DNA of 64,000 nucleotides from Candidatus Iainarchaeum sp. (lineage in GTDB: Archaea > Iainarchaeota > Iainarchaeia > Iainarchaeales > DTGL01). Both the position numbers and the translations under genes were made by a program. Below the pieces are notes generated by a model. That model saw only the letters and a list, made by a program, of their open reading frames with translations, did no database searches and was not told the DNA's origin. Positions 37,001 to 47,400 of this stretch are shown here, piece by piece; within the stretch, counting starts at the first letter, position 1; each line of letters starts with the position of its first letter. Location of the stretch: assembly GCA_026413945.1 (NCBI GenBank), contig JAOAJX010000006.1:13577-77576 (forward strand), written 5' to 3'.

Positions 37001-40000
37001 GAAAGTTGGTTCAGGAAATCAAAATAGAATCTAGCGCTTTAAAATTAACCCCGCCAACTCTTGACTTGGAGCTGCAACCAGAAAGTCGTGAAGAAGCAGA
37101 GCTTATTTTTAGAATTGAAAACCAAGCGCCTTTCAAGTTGAAAATTGGTGCAATAAGTATTGATGGCCTAGAAGATCTTGTAGTTGTGGGTGATATCTCT
37201 TCGTATATTGGTAAAGAAATTGCTCCGAGCAAAAGTTTAGACGTAAAACTCAAGGCCAAATTAAGTGATAAAGGTAAAAATATAGATGTAACAAAAGAGC
37301 TTTTGGGTGCAATATCTGTCACCACTGAAAGTTCATCACCAGCCAAGGAATGGACCGGATCTATTGAGCTAAGGGTGAGAATAAAGCTTGGCTCAGCACT
37401 TGACAGCATAAAGTGCTTAGCTGTTGAGCCATCATCTTGGGAAATAAAAAGTTATGGCGAACAGAAAAAGCTTACCTTAACAATAAAAAATAACTGCACA
37501 GTCCAGGGCATACCTGTGCCACTCAAGGAATTAAATGCTAAGGTTAGATGGCTTGGTGAGAGCGCAATTGGCAACTTCCAAATAAGTGGAGACGATCTCG
37601 AAACAACAGAAATTGAAACACAATGGACAACAATAAGTGATTCATTGGCTAAAAGTGAAGAGCGGGAATTCATTTTGTTCTTTAATCCAAGCGCTCAACT
37701 GACAAGTGCGAATGCTCAGCCAAAGATAGAGTTCTCAGCAAATTATTATTCAGATAAAGGCATAGATAAGCCGAAAGCAACTATGAACATAAGCATAAGC
37801 GTAAATAATTTGCTCAAATGTTTGCAGATCGTAAGGCCTCAGGGCATAGAGCTTAAGACTTGTGGCTTTGACACGGGATGGGGTCTTAATACAAAATACT
37901 TTGACAGAGATCCTTACGAGGCAGCGCAGCAACAGCAGTATTTCGCATGGCCCACTGTGCAGTATATACCACCGTGGCAGACATCAGCACAAGGGCAAAG
38001 CACCCAATGGAAATGCACATCAGATAGCGCTGACATAATCATAGATAATTCTTGCGCCCAGGACGTTGATATAACTGTGCAGGCCGATTCTGGTCTTATT
38101 GCAAAGCCAACATCTTTGAAGGTAAATGCAAACTCATCGAAAAGCTTCAAAATTGAGCCAGCTACAGCTAAAGGCCAATTTAATGTTAAAGTCCTTGCAA
38201 AGTTTAGTTCATCAAGCAAAAGAGCTGAAGAAATAGACAACTTTGCTGTCAAGGTTGTAAGACATGATGAAATGCTAGAGGAATGTTTGCCAATAATAGA
38301 GCCAAGGACTTTAAGAGCTAACTTTCTTGGCTGGCAGCACACAGTTGCAAAGATATATAACAAGTGTTACCACCTCGGTTATGCTTTAAGCCAGCTTAAG
38401 CTTAGCAACATACATTGTTATTCACCTTCAAGCAAAGGCACATCGCTTGAGGGACCATGCCCAATGATAAAAAATATGGTAATTGCAAATACTGAAACAA
38501 AAAAGGTTTCAGAAAGAGAAGAATGGGAAATTATGGAAGTGCACCTATGGTTTGATCCCAGCATAAAGGAAGTCAACCCAATTGACTTTGAAGGATCTGC
38601 TGAAGAAGTAATAGGTAACATAAGGGTCATAGCAACAGACCAGTATATGGCTGCTGTATCACCGGGAATAATTTCGGTTCCAATGAAAGTACCAATGTTG
38701 GGAGAAAAGTACTTCCCGGTAAGCGTCACATTTGAGAATCCCCTTGCATGGCTTGGCCTTTTAGGTGGCCTTTTAAATAAAGGCTCAGACAAGCTCGAGC
38801 CAGCACAATGCATAAACCCAAATGCATTAATAGTTCCAGAGCCACTCACAGACGATCACTTTGTTGATGATTTGTTTATATGGAAGGAAAGCCCGCCTGT
38901 GACTGAGTTAGTGCTACCATATGCTAGATCAAACGAAGAAGTTAATCCATCTGGTGAAGGTGGAAGGGCTTTTTGTGGGAAGGACGACTATATAAGCAAC
39001 GTTGGCTTTAACTCATGGGAAGACCCTAAGTCGGGTGTGCGCCTTTACTTTGAGCTCACAAACGACAAGCATCATATTGTAATGAAAGTAGACAGAAGTA
39101 AAATGATAACTGAGTGCGCGAGGATAAATATTGAGCTTCCAATCAAGGTAACAAGAGTTTACTACAAAAAAGGCACACAAGAAGTAAAGCTTAAAGTATC
39201 TGTAAATGTATTGAACAAAGGAATTTCACAGCTTTCAGATGGTTGTGAAAACAGGGCTGCTAGGCTCAACGTCATGCCTAGCTGGGGCGTAATAAAGCCA
39301 TGTGATGGCGAGGATAAATATGAGAAGTATGGCTTTGACCGGCTTCTGTTTACATGGCGTACGGATGATATAACTACAAAAACTTGCGAACCTGAACCAA
39401 AAGGTGATGGTTATTTCTGCGATGGTGCGCAGTTTGTAATGCAGACTGCAGCCAAAATAAGAAAGATAAACCAAAGGGTAAGTGAGATAAATACAAGGTT
39501 GCCAGCTGAATATCAGGCAGCTGTTTCTGTAATAGGCAAGAGTCCAGAATTAGTGCAAGAAATAAATTCATCTGAAGGGAAACTATATAAGATTTTCAAG
39601 TCGCAGTTCATACTGCGTGACGATGTCTCAAACAGCAGTGCACTTGTTTTTGTTTCCAAAGAAGGCCTTTTGCTAGGCCAACCGCCATTGCCTCAAGAAG
39701 CTTGCAGTGCATCACACATAGAGACTACTCTTAGTAACATAATAAAGGCACCTCAAAATGAGCTCGGTGCGATAGACGCAATGAATATTTCATTCGCACA
39801 ATTCGAAGCCCTTTTAGCAAAATGCTATGGTAATGACATTGGTATGGGAAATGCGGTTGCTTTAACTTCAAAGGAAATCGATTATATTTCTGATGTTCAA
39901 AACATATGGAGCAACATTAGGAAAGTAGCAGATGAGATAAAGCTTCCGAGACAAAATGCATATGCTCTTACATTTTCAGAATATCTTACCATACACGAAC

Positions 40001-41379
40001 AATTAACCGCTGGAGTAAAAGCAAACATTGTTCAGAAAAACAGAAGTGCACCCATAACCGTAAACATTGGTCAAACTTCCATAACTGCTACGGAACAAGA
40101 ATGGACAAAGTTCCTATTAGAATATAGCAAACGCACCACTTTTATGCTTGTAGTTATGAATAAGCCAGGCCTTTCTCAAGCAATGGAAGAATATATAAGA
40201 ATAAGAGCTCAAGACATCCTCGGTAAAACAGAGGAAGAAAGCCTTATAGCAAGTGCAGAAGCATATCTCAAAACAGATAACCTAAGCCGCGCACTTATAG
40301 AAGACCTCGACAAAGGAAACGAAACACTCAAAATGCTTGGTCTCAAAGTTGATCAGCTTGAATTCAAACGCTACGAAGATATTAATTTTAAAGATGAAAT
40401 TTCCCAGAAAAGGACAGAATGTGGCGTAGTTTCTGGCAAATATTTTTACAGAATTGAGCCGAAGATTGCTATTGATTATGCAAGCAACCCGCCAAAGATA
40501 ATTGTTATGCAATACATTGTAAAGCTAGCACTTACAGAATCACTCGAAGCCATTGACAAAAGAAAAGGAACTAAGTTTTCAGAAAATCCTCTGATGTATA
40601 TGTCATTTGATGGAGAAATAGGTAAAGAAAGTGTTGGTGCAAACTACGGTGTTGGTATAACACTAGCAGGTGCAGTACCTTCTGAGCTGTTCTATAATGA
40701 ACACGGCGAACGCATTTATCCGAGAAAGCCGGGCGTCGCGCCATTGTCATTCTCCTATAATGGGAAATTTGAAAAGAGCAGGACTGGTGTTTTAGTTAGC
40801 ATAGACCTTAAGTCAAAAAAGATGGAGTATATACCAAGCTATCCTTTTATGCTGAGAATTATCTCGAAAAATGAAGGTCAAAATGTGGTATATTACAGAT
40901 TGAGCAATAGAGAATATTATGGGGATATCAAGGAGCTTTTCGTTTGGCACCAGCCAAGTGAATCAAATACTGAAGGCACTGAAGCAAAGCCTTTTAGTGT
41001 CGACAGCTTTGGTATGCAAGAGCCAGATAGCTTTTGCTCTGGTTGGTCACAAAAAACAGAGGCAGCAAAGCTTATTATCGGACAAGGTGCTTGGTTTGCC
41101 ATGAGCTATGTTCCTTCAAGGGCCGCAAATGAATACCTCAAGCTTGAGCTTATTTGTGCAAAAAATCCCGTTGTTTTAAGCACAGTCACTTACGAAGGCC
41201 AAGAGTACAGCACCTCTGAAAGCCGTGGAGTCGAAGGTGGCACCGTAAGAATAATAGACACTGCAAGGCAGCCATCGCTTAAAGAATATATTGAGAAGAT
41301 TGAAACAGGAGAGATATGCATAGAAAATATCAGCAGGACACAACTAAAGCTAAGATGGAATCCAGCAATATTTGGGTAG
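34060..41379 (+). CDS. Giant (2439 aa) type-II membrane surface protein, paralogue B.
   Basis: The N-terminus EKWENFKFWLEEHNIP plus TM LFFILVILAIVALAYFLITMF parallels giant A. Shared modules are AKWVEMEWS, ALYAATYSLVYSVGETNLCDGKFC, GDGYFCDGAQFVMQ and a C-terminal LKLRWNP. Confidence 0.85.
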   Translation: MPFTEALKEKWENFKFWLEEHNIPIPLFFILVILAIVALAYFLITMFLPTEEVYYSLKITVLDRQNQPISNATVTIKSEFFKEKTEKTDSRGRASFELPAKKEFTAIATYQEKSASLKMSLESDREEKIVLPIEIVTYADKKVIFYKGETSEKATEIKDFSAYCSKAEWNKNLLASGGEATLEKIPSDCGTLTLRIGSEIYTTTDVSARPFEVRVKSIATKGSILAIIKSLETGLAVGAGEVSVSLINEFGITIEGPLPSSAAGSVTFTDIEPGKYAVSVSGAGKYKSTTSEYKELKGAGQVIFDVSLQPAEKVYNIKVRVSDTKSQPVKAMLELRDLSNNIIVQSRYADDKGEYTFKVDENKSYNLIVKVGEWVENFNVRPSESFYDITYDESKLSKCATLFVYVKDSEEKALEKAKVEIFKKSNESAGLQCSTGADGKCEFYNLPEGLYYAKASFANYPPVQSGIFEAKANMQKPIEVVIKIEIPKAQFEFVVYGENDERLQSVNITAYDSASSNILGESKTDTNGVGKISVLAGLKPYFVIDAEDSDYLPYITMPMSAIFGIKTTREIRLVRGKTLKIIFDGLKSQDGNAEKTLSAGSAYNAKFRLIVPNKGYTSAGIFVISGNDISGKTNLMEEDTTYLGGIKTSATRISRGTSYTPPTGTATDLESATNENAKWVEMEWSLSRLGVSGGVFEAEVEYFVKEGISAGELAKIGYRGYAQADSVDRDPKDNILGNKKNSPEKHALYAATYSLVYSVGETNLCDGKFCKSFSIEDIQRRTKSFVTDTYSAQLNSNYRLSFVINRQAGSSGNATLRIFDEQRAFSYGKYEVIIPDGSEQKGTAEKELLVNLGSFRQNSSVSGTLQFSTLKEGDIPLKILIEDASGIVFEHVITIKVAPARELSLDVVPKILIALVDNEVLFRFTDKNTGEPESNVSVTLYLDDKIIASGITDYDGVLPYKIESPSAGSVLKVVGRKTGFRKLVQEIKIESSALKLTPPTLDLELQPESREEAELIFRIENQAPFKLKIGAISIDGLEDLVVVGDISSYIGKEIAPSKSLDVKLKAKLSDKGKNIDVTKELLGAISVTTESSSPAKEWTGSIELRVRIKLGSALDSIKCLAVEPSSWEIKSYGEQKKLTLTIKNNCTVQGIPVPLKELNAKVRWLGESAIGNFQISGDDLETTEIETQWTTISDSLAKSEEREFILFFNPSAQLTSANAQPKIEFSANYYSDKGIDKPKATMNISISVNNLLKCLQIVRPQGIELKTCGFDTGWGLNTKYFDRDPYEAAQQQQYFAWPTVQYIPPWQTSAQGQSTQWKCTSDSADIIIDNSCAQDVDITVQADSGLIAKPTSLKVNANSSKSFKIEPATAKGQFNVKVLAKFSSSSKRAEEIDNFAVKVVRHDEMLEECLPIIEPRTLRANFLGWQHTVAKIYNKCYHLGYALSQLKLSNIHCYSPSSKGTSLEGPCPMIKNMVIANTETKKVSEREEWEIMEVHLWFDPSIKEVNPIDFEGSAEEVIGNIRVIATDQYMAAVSPGIISVPMKVPMLGEKYFPVSVTFENPLAWLGLLGGLLNKGSDKLEPAQCINPNALIVPEPLTDDHFVDDLFIWKESPPVTELVLPYARSNEEVNPSGEGGRAFCGKDDYISNVGFNSWEDPKSGVRLYFELTNDKHHIVMKVDRSKMITECARINIELPIKVTRVYYKKGTQEVKLKVSVNVLNKGISQLSDGCENRAARLNVMPSWGVIKPCDGEDKYEKYGFDRLLFTWRTDDITTKTCEPEPKGDGYFCDGAQFVMQTAAKIRKINQRVSEINTRLPAEYQAAVSVIGKSPELVQEINSSEGKLYKIFKSQFILRDDVSNSSALVFVSKEGLLLGQPPLPQEACSASHIETTLSNIIKAPQNELGAIDAMNISFAQFEALLAKCYGNDIGMGNAVALTSKEIDYISDVQNIWSNIRKVADEIKLPRQNAYALTFSEYLTIHEQLTAGVKANIVQKNRSAPITVNIGQTSITATEQEWTKFLLEYSKRTTFMLVVMNKPGLSQAMEEYIRIRAQDILGKTEEESLIASAEAYLKTDNLSRALIEDLDKGNETLKMLGLKVDQLEFKRYEDINFKDEISQKRTECGVVSGKYFYRIEPKIAIDYASNPPKIIVMQYIVKLALTESLEAIDKRKGTKFSENPLMYMSFDGEIGKESVGANYGVGITLAGAVPSELFYNEHGERIYPRKPGVAPLSFSYNGKFEKSRTGVLVSIDLKSKKMEYIPSYPFMLRIISKNEGQNVVYYRLSNREYYGDIKELFVWHQPSESNTEGTEAKPFSVDSFGMQEPDSFCSGWSQKTEAAKLIIGQGAWFAMSYVPSRAANEYLKLELICAKNPVVLSTVTYEGQEYSTSESRGVEGGTVRIIDTARQPSLKEYIEKIETGEICIENISRTQLKLRWNPAIFG

Positions 41380-41453
41380 TGCGAATTATAAAAGCTTAGT
41401 CAATAAACAAAAAATATATTAATATTAGAGGCGTATTAAAGTTAGGGATATCT

Positions 41454-44400
41454 ATGGGAATAATGAGTTCTTTGCGTGAATTTTATTACCATTTAGAGGA
41501 TCGCTACTATGAAGTAATAGACAAAATAAGCACTAAAATACCCATAAACAAATTAACAGATGCTATTGACAAAGTTTTTCCTTCATTTATTCTTTTTATA
41601 ATACTTTTATTTGTACTTTTAGCAGCTTTAGTGCTTTTTTTAATTCCATCCGTGGTAATTCCAAAAGATGTCGCATTAAATGTTTTTGTACAGTATCAAG
41701 ACAGGTTTGGTGCAAAAAGACCTCTTGAGGGCGCAAAAATTGAGATAATCGTTGGTGAAAAGGTTCATAGGATAACAACATCAGAAAATGGAAAAATTCA
41801 GCCAATAATCCTCAAACCAAAAAGTGAAGTAATACTGCGCGTTTCAAAGGATGGTTTTAAGCCAAACCCGGCTGAGAAAAGCATAACGATGGAGGATGAA
41901 AATGCACAGGTAAGCTTTTTGCTTACAGAGATAATAAAGACACAGAGCATTAGCTTCAAGATTATAGATGAAAATACAAAAAGCCCAATAGTGAAGCGCG
42001 TATCATTATCATTTGAGTGCTCAAACAAAAAAGCAAATCCGCCAAAAGCTGCTGAAAAATACACTGATTATAGCGGCAGTATCCAAATAGATGATGTTGA
42101 GATTGACTGCTTACCATTGCTAGTAACGGTAAATGCGCAGGAGTACGAAACAGCAGAAAATGTCAGTGTTAGAGATGGTACCACAATAGCTTTGAGGAAA
42201 GTTGTAGAGCTTAAGCCGGTAGAACAAAAGGGCAGGCTAATTGTAAATGTCACCTTTAGAGGTGAGTTGCCAGAAGAGAATATTATTGTTGATCTTGAAA
42301 AGGATACTGGTGCAGCCCCAATTTTTATGGAATCTGGAGTTACTAGCAGTGGCCAAGTTGTTTTTGAAGTCTTGCCTGGTAAATACCGAGTAAGAACAAA
42401 GGCAACTGCAAATTATAGTGTTGCGGAATCACAATTTATAAATGTTGGTGCAAACGAGAATAGGTCAATCAGCTTAGAAATTCAGAAGATAATAATTGGC
42501 AGTATAAAGATACAAGTTTTTGATAAAGACAACTCAAAGCCATTAGCAAATGCCAGAGTAACATTAATTAAAGATAATACTCAGTTTGCATGCGCAGATA
42601 CAAATGCTGAAGGCAGAGCTGATTTCCATCTATCCAAAGACGAAAATTTCTTGCTTGTCGTTGATCATCCTGATTACTGTGTTTATCGCCTTAGAGATGT
42701 GAGAAAATCGGATAGCATTCTTAGAATAGGCCTTGTAAAATACACTCAAGATTGTGGCGGCTCCATATCAGTAAAGGTTATCGACTTTGAAAAGCGTGCC
42801 ATTTCAGGTGCAAAGGTTGCTGCCTTTGATGAAAACGGTAGCAGCCTTGGGCTAAAAGAGTTGATAACAGACATAAACGGCATCGCGGTATTCAAAGGGT
42901 TTTATCTCGGAAGATACAAATTCTTCGCATATAAGGGCTTTGGAAGCAGCTGGAGCGATATTATTGAGTTCTCGCCAAGATTGGGCACTGAACATGAAGC
43001 AGTGATCGTATTAAGCATCCCTAAGGCAACTCTAAAACTGAAAGTAACTAATGATGGTGGTGAAGGCCTTCCATTTAGTGATGTTATTGTAAAAGATGCA
43101 TACACTGATAAAGTAATAAAGGGGCCACTAAAAATTGAAAATATTGGTGGAGATATTGACATAAACATAGATGCCGGCTTTTCTTTCTATTTGTATATAA
43201 ACAACCCAGATTACGCACCATACATAAGCGAAAGAATAGTGCTTAAGCCAGAAGAGCAGAGGCAAATGCATGTAAAGCTTGAGCCAAAGAGAATAAGTGG
43301 CGAAATAGCCATTGAATTCTTAGGCCTTTTTAAAGATGGGCAAAATGCTGTTGTGCTTGCAGCTGGAAAAGAATACATGGCAAAGTTTAAGGTTTCTGTC
43401 CCAGAATCTGCACAATATGATAAATTCGGGGTGCATCTACGAGTTGGAAAATACAATATAATGGAAAAAGACTTCTTGTTCATAAAAGAAATTTATGCTG
43501 GCGGAAACCCAAAAATTATTCGGGGCATTTCATATAGCCCAGAGCAAGGCATGGGTCATGATTTCAGTCTATTGAGCACTGAAAGTGCAAAATGGGTTAA
43601 TCTTGAATGGACAAGATTGAGTGGTGGCACCATTTATGTTTACGCAAAAGTTAAGGTAAAAGAATCCGCATCCTCTGAAGAGCTAAAAGTAATGTGGCGT
43701 GCTTGGGGCCTTAGAAAAGGTTTAATGGTAAGAGATCCTGAAGATATGGCTTTAGGCAATGCTATGAGCGATGCAGAGCTTTATGCGAAAACGTATGAGC
43801 GTATTTATAATGTAGGAGAAGAAAAGCTTTGCACAGATAAGTGGTGCACTGTTTTCAAAGCACTTGATATTGAGGAAAATGTTGCAACATATATTGATGG
43901 AAGCTATACTGCAAAAGTTGGAAAACCTTACAAGCTATACTTTAGTATAGCAAACAGTAGCAAATTTGAAACTGACACTTTTACAAATGTCAAGCTGAAG
44001 ATATTTAATACTGAAAAAAACATAACCTTTGGAAACTACATTGTTTATGGAGAAACGGTTGTTAAAGGCAGTGCTAATGCAAATGAAACACCATACATTG
44101 AAGTGGGAAATATAAAGCCAAATAATGAAATTCATGGTGAGATAGAATTTTCGCCAAAATCAGGCAAATTTGGAAGCATAAATTTACGCTTGCACGATCC
44201 AACAAAGCATGCGCACATATTCGAAGAAACCATTGCGGTTAGCATAATTGCGGCAAGAAACTTCACGATTGACTTTAAGGTTGGTGAAAGCTTTCAGTCA
44301 GAGGCGCCTCTGCTGCCAAGCGGTGTTGAGAATACAATTATTGCTAGAATAAGGGACAAACAATCTGGGCTAGAAGTGTCGGATGCTATAGTTAAGGTTA

Positions 44401-47400
44401 AGGACTCTACTGGCAACACTATAATACAAACCTTTACAGGCTCTTTAGGCCTTGCAGAAATAAAGCTTCCTTCGCTCATGCCAGATGAAAAATTAGTGCT
44501 TACTGCAGAAAAGCCAGATTATGAAGAAGCAAGGAAAGAAATACGCACTGATGGAAATGTTATTAATCTTGAGCCAGCAGAGATAGGCCTACAGCTTAAT
44601 GTTTTCACAAAAAGGGAAGACAGCGTAGTTGTGAGAATCTTAAACAAAACAGCAATGACGCTCAAGCTTAGGGCAATTAAGCTTTCGGGAGAATTCTATG
44701 GAATAATTGACGAGCGGAAAGTTAGGGATTGGCTAGTTGGTGAATATGTAGGCAAGGAGATAGGGCCCAAAGGTAAGTTAGATATCGCACTAAAGGTTTC
44801 GCTAAGCGATTATGGAAAAACTATTAATGAAGTCAAGAACCTTGAGGGTCTGGTAACAGCAAGCGTCTCCACTTCCTCTGCCTATGGTCACGAGTGGCAT
44901 GCTGATAGCAAAGTCAAAATCTCTGTTGGAATAGGCGGTGAAGTTGATGATCCTTCATGCCTTATTGCCAGCATAAAAGAATGGAAAGCAAAAACAAAAA
45001 GCAACGAGGTAAGCACTGATTTTTCTGTTAAAAACAACTGCACTCTCGAAGGAAAGCCTATAGCACTCAAAAACTTAAGTGCAAAAATTGAGCTTAAAGG
45101 CAACCGGCTTGGAAGCTATTATGTGAAAATTGGCGACGTTGGCATAGAACTAAGCAACGCATACCCTAAAATATTGAAAGGAACTTTAAACCCAGAAGAA
45201 ACTTTACCTGCCCTATTATCATTTGCTCCAGACGGTGGCATTGTCGGAACTGCAAAGGCAACTATTATAATAACTGCAGAACATTACACTAATAAAGGAA
45301 AGCAGACTTTGAGCACAAGCATAGAGACTGAAATAGAGATGATAAGCTTAGAGAATTGTATAAGATATGATAAAAGTCTCATAAGGATAGTTGATCATAA
45401 CAGTGCAACTTTGAAAATAGAAACTAAAGGTTGCAAGGTGCCAATTGACTTTATGCTTGATACTAAAATTGCGGTTTCTGAAAAAGAGTTTAACATGAAG
45501 GCTGATGATAATAAAGAATTAATAGTAATGCCTTCTCAGGAAGACATACCTGGACAGTATCCAATATATGTGATGGTAAAAAGTGCTAACGACAGCGAAT
45601 ATTCTTTCAACAAGCTTATAAGGGTAATTATAGAGCCCAAAGGCTGCTTAAAATTGAACCGCTATGAGTTTGACATATACGACGATGCAAATAACCCATA
45701 TGATGGCTTTGATACTGCTCTTTTAATGAATGAATGCTATAAAAGGACTGAAAAGATAAGTATAAGCTATGATGAGCGTGACTGGTGGGAAGCAATAAAA
45801 ACCGGCGCAGTATGGGGCCTTGTAGGTTTTGTCTATGGTGGCGTAAGGTCACTTGCAGCAGGCAAAACTTTCTTTGGCACAGAAAGGCCTTCTAATGTTT
45901 GCAGCAAAGCAGGCTATAAATACTGTGGAACTAAAAATCTATGCAAAGATGAACGTGTAGTAGTAGTTAATAATGTAACATGCTGTGCATCCGAGTGCAT
46001 AACAGAAGAAACAGGTCTTCATAAAGACATTTGCAGCAAAAAAGGGTATAATTACTGTGGCGCAGGCAATTGTGATTTAACACAAGGTAAAGAGACGGTA
46101 GTAGATGGGGTTGTATGCTGCACAGGTAAATGTAAAACAGGAACTATTGAGAAACCTGAAAATATTTGCAAGTCGGCAGGCAAATATTTCTGCAAGACTG
46201 ACGAAATATGCCCAGATGCAGCATACGTTGTTGTTGGTGATGTAACATGCTGTGGAAAACCATGTGCAAAAGGTCAGATTGCTAAGCCACCGATAACTCA
46301 GCCAACAACAGCAACTGTAAAACCACCTTCAGGACAAAAAACAGACGAAGAACTATGTAAGGAATATTATCCAAATTCGCGCAAAATTACTTCTCAGGAA
46401 GAGTGTCACCCAAATTGTACATTTAGCAGACAAACTGCGGAAAGGTTAGTGAAATGTTGCAAGAATGACTGCACCGGCACAGAAAAGCCACCAACTGATG
46501 GTACAACAGAGGGGGGAAAGCCACCCTCTGAAACAGGCGCACCTATTGAAGGACCAACCATACCAGATTGCTACAACACTGAGCTTGAATGTGCTGCAAA
46601 GGCATGGAAAAAGACAACTTTGCTTACTGGTGGTTGTGACTGCTATGCAGCAATAAATTGCATATATGACGAGTTTGGAAAGTGTTATAGGTTTGGGTAT
46701 TGTAATAACAGCAAATGCACAACTCAAGGCACGACAGGCCCAAGTGAGCCCGTGGAAGGAGAATGTAAAATAGAGGGTTATTTCTGTAAAGGAACGGTAA
46801 TGTATTGGAGAGATAGTTGCGGAAATGAAGGCATACAGATGGACTGTGCAGAATCTGGTGCCATATGTGAAGCTGGAAATTGTGTATTACAGGAAGGTTG
46901 CAAACTTGAAGGTTACTTCTGTCAAGGAACTGTTTTACATTGGAAAGATAGCTGTGGTAATACGGGTGTTGAGAGAGACTGTGCAGATGCTGGAGGAATA
47001 TGTCAGAATGGGAATTGTGTTGCTGCTGAAAGTGGTTGCCAGCGCATTGGTTACTTCTGTCAAGGAACTGTTTTACATTGGAAAGATAGCTGTGGTAATA
47101 CGGGTGTTGAGAGAGACTGTGCAGATGCTGGAGGAATATGTCAGAATGGTAATTGTGTTGCTGCTGAAGGCAGCAGCAGTGGTACCACTCAACCGCCTTC
47201 AGGCGATGTTTGTATTGGTTGCCATGAAACATTGTCCAAATGCCAAAAAGCTAATGGTGCAGGCATCGCTAGGATATGTGATTGTGAGCTTGCTGTTACA
47301 TGTGAATATGTGCCATCTTGTTCTGTAGCAACGCCGTGCTACAGATTCAAGAGCTGTAACAACAGTTTTTGCTCTTTAGGTAGTAGTGGAAGAAAAATGA

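Noticed and set aside
46758-47172. The possibility that the regular 138-nt repeats represent a CRISPR array or a non-coding satellite.
   Set aside because: The repeats are in-frame within a continuous 2826-aa ORF and encode a Cys module. There are no unique spacers and no cas genes. The period is far longer than CRISPR repeats.
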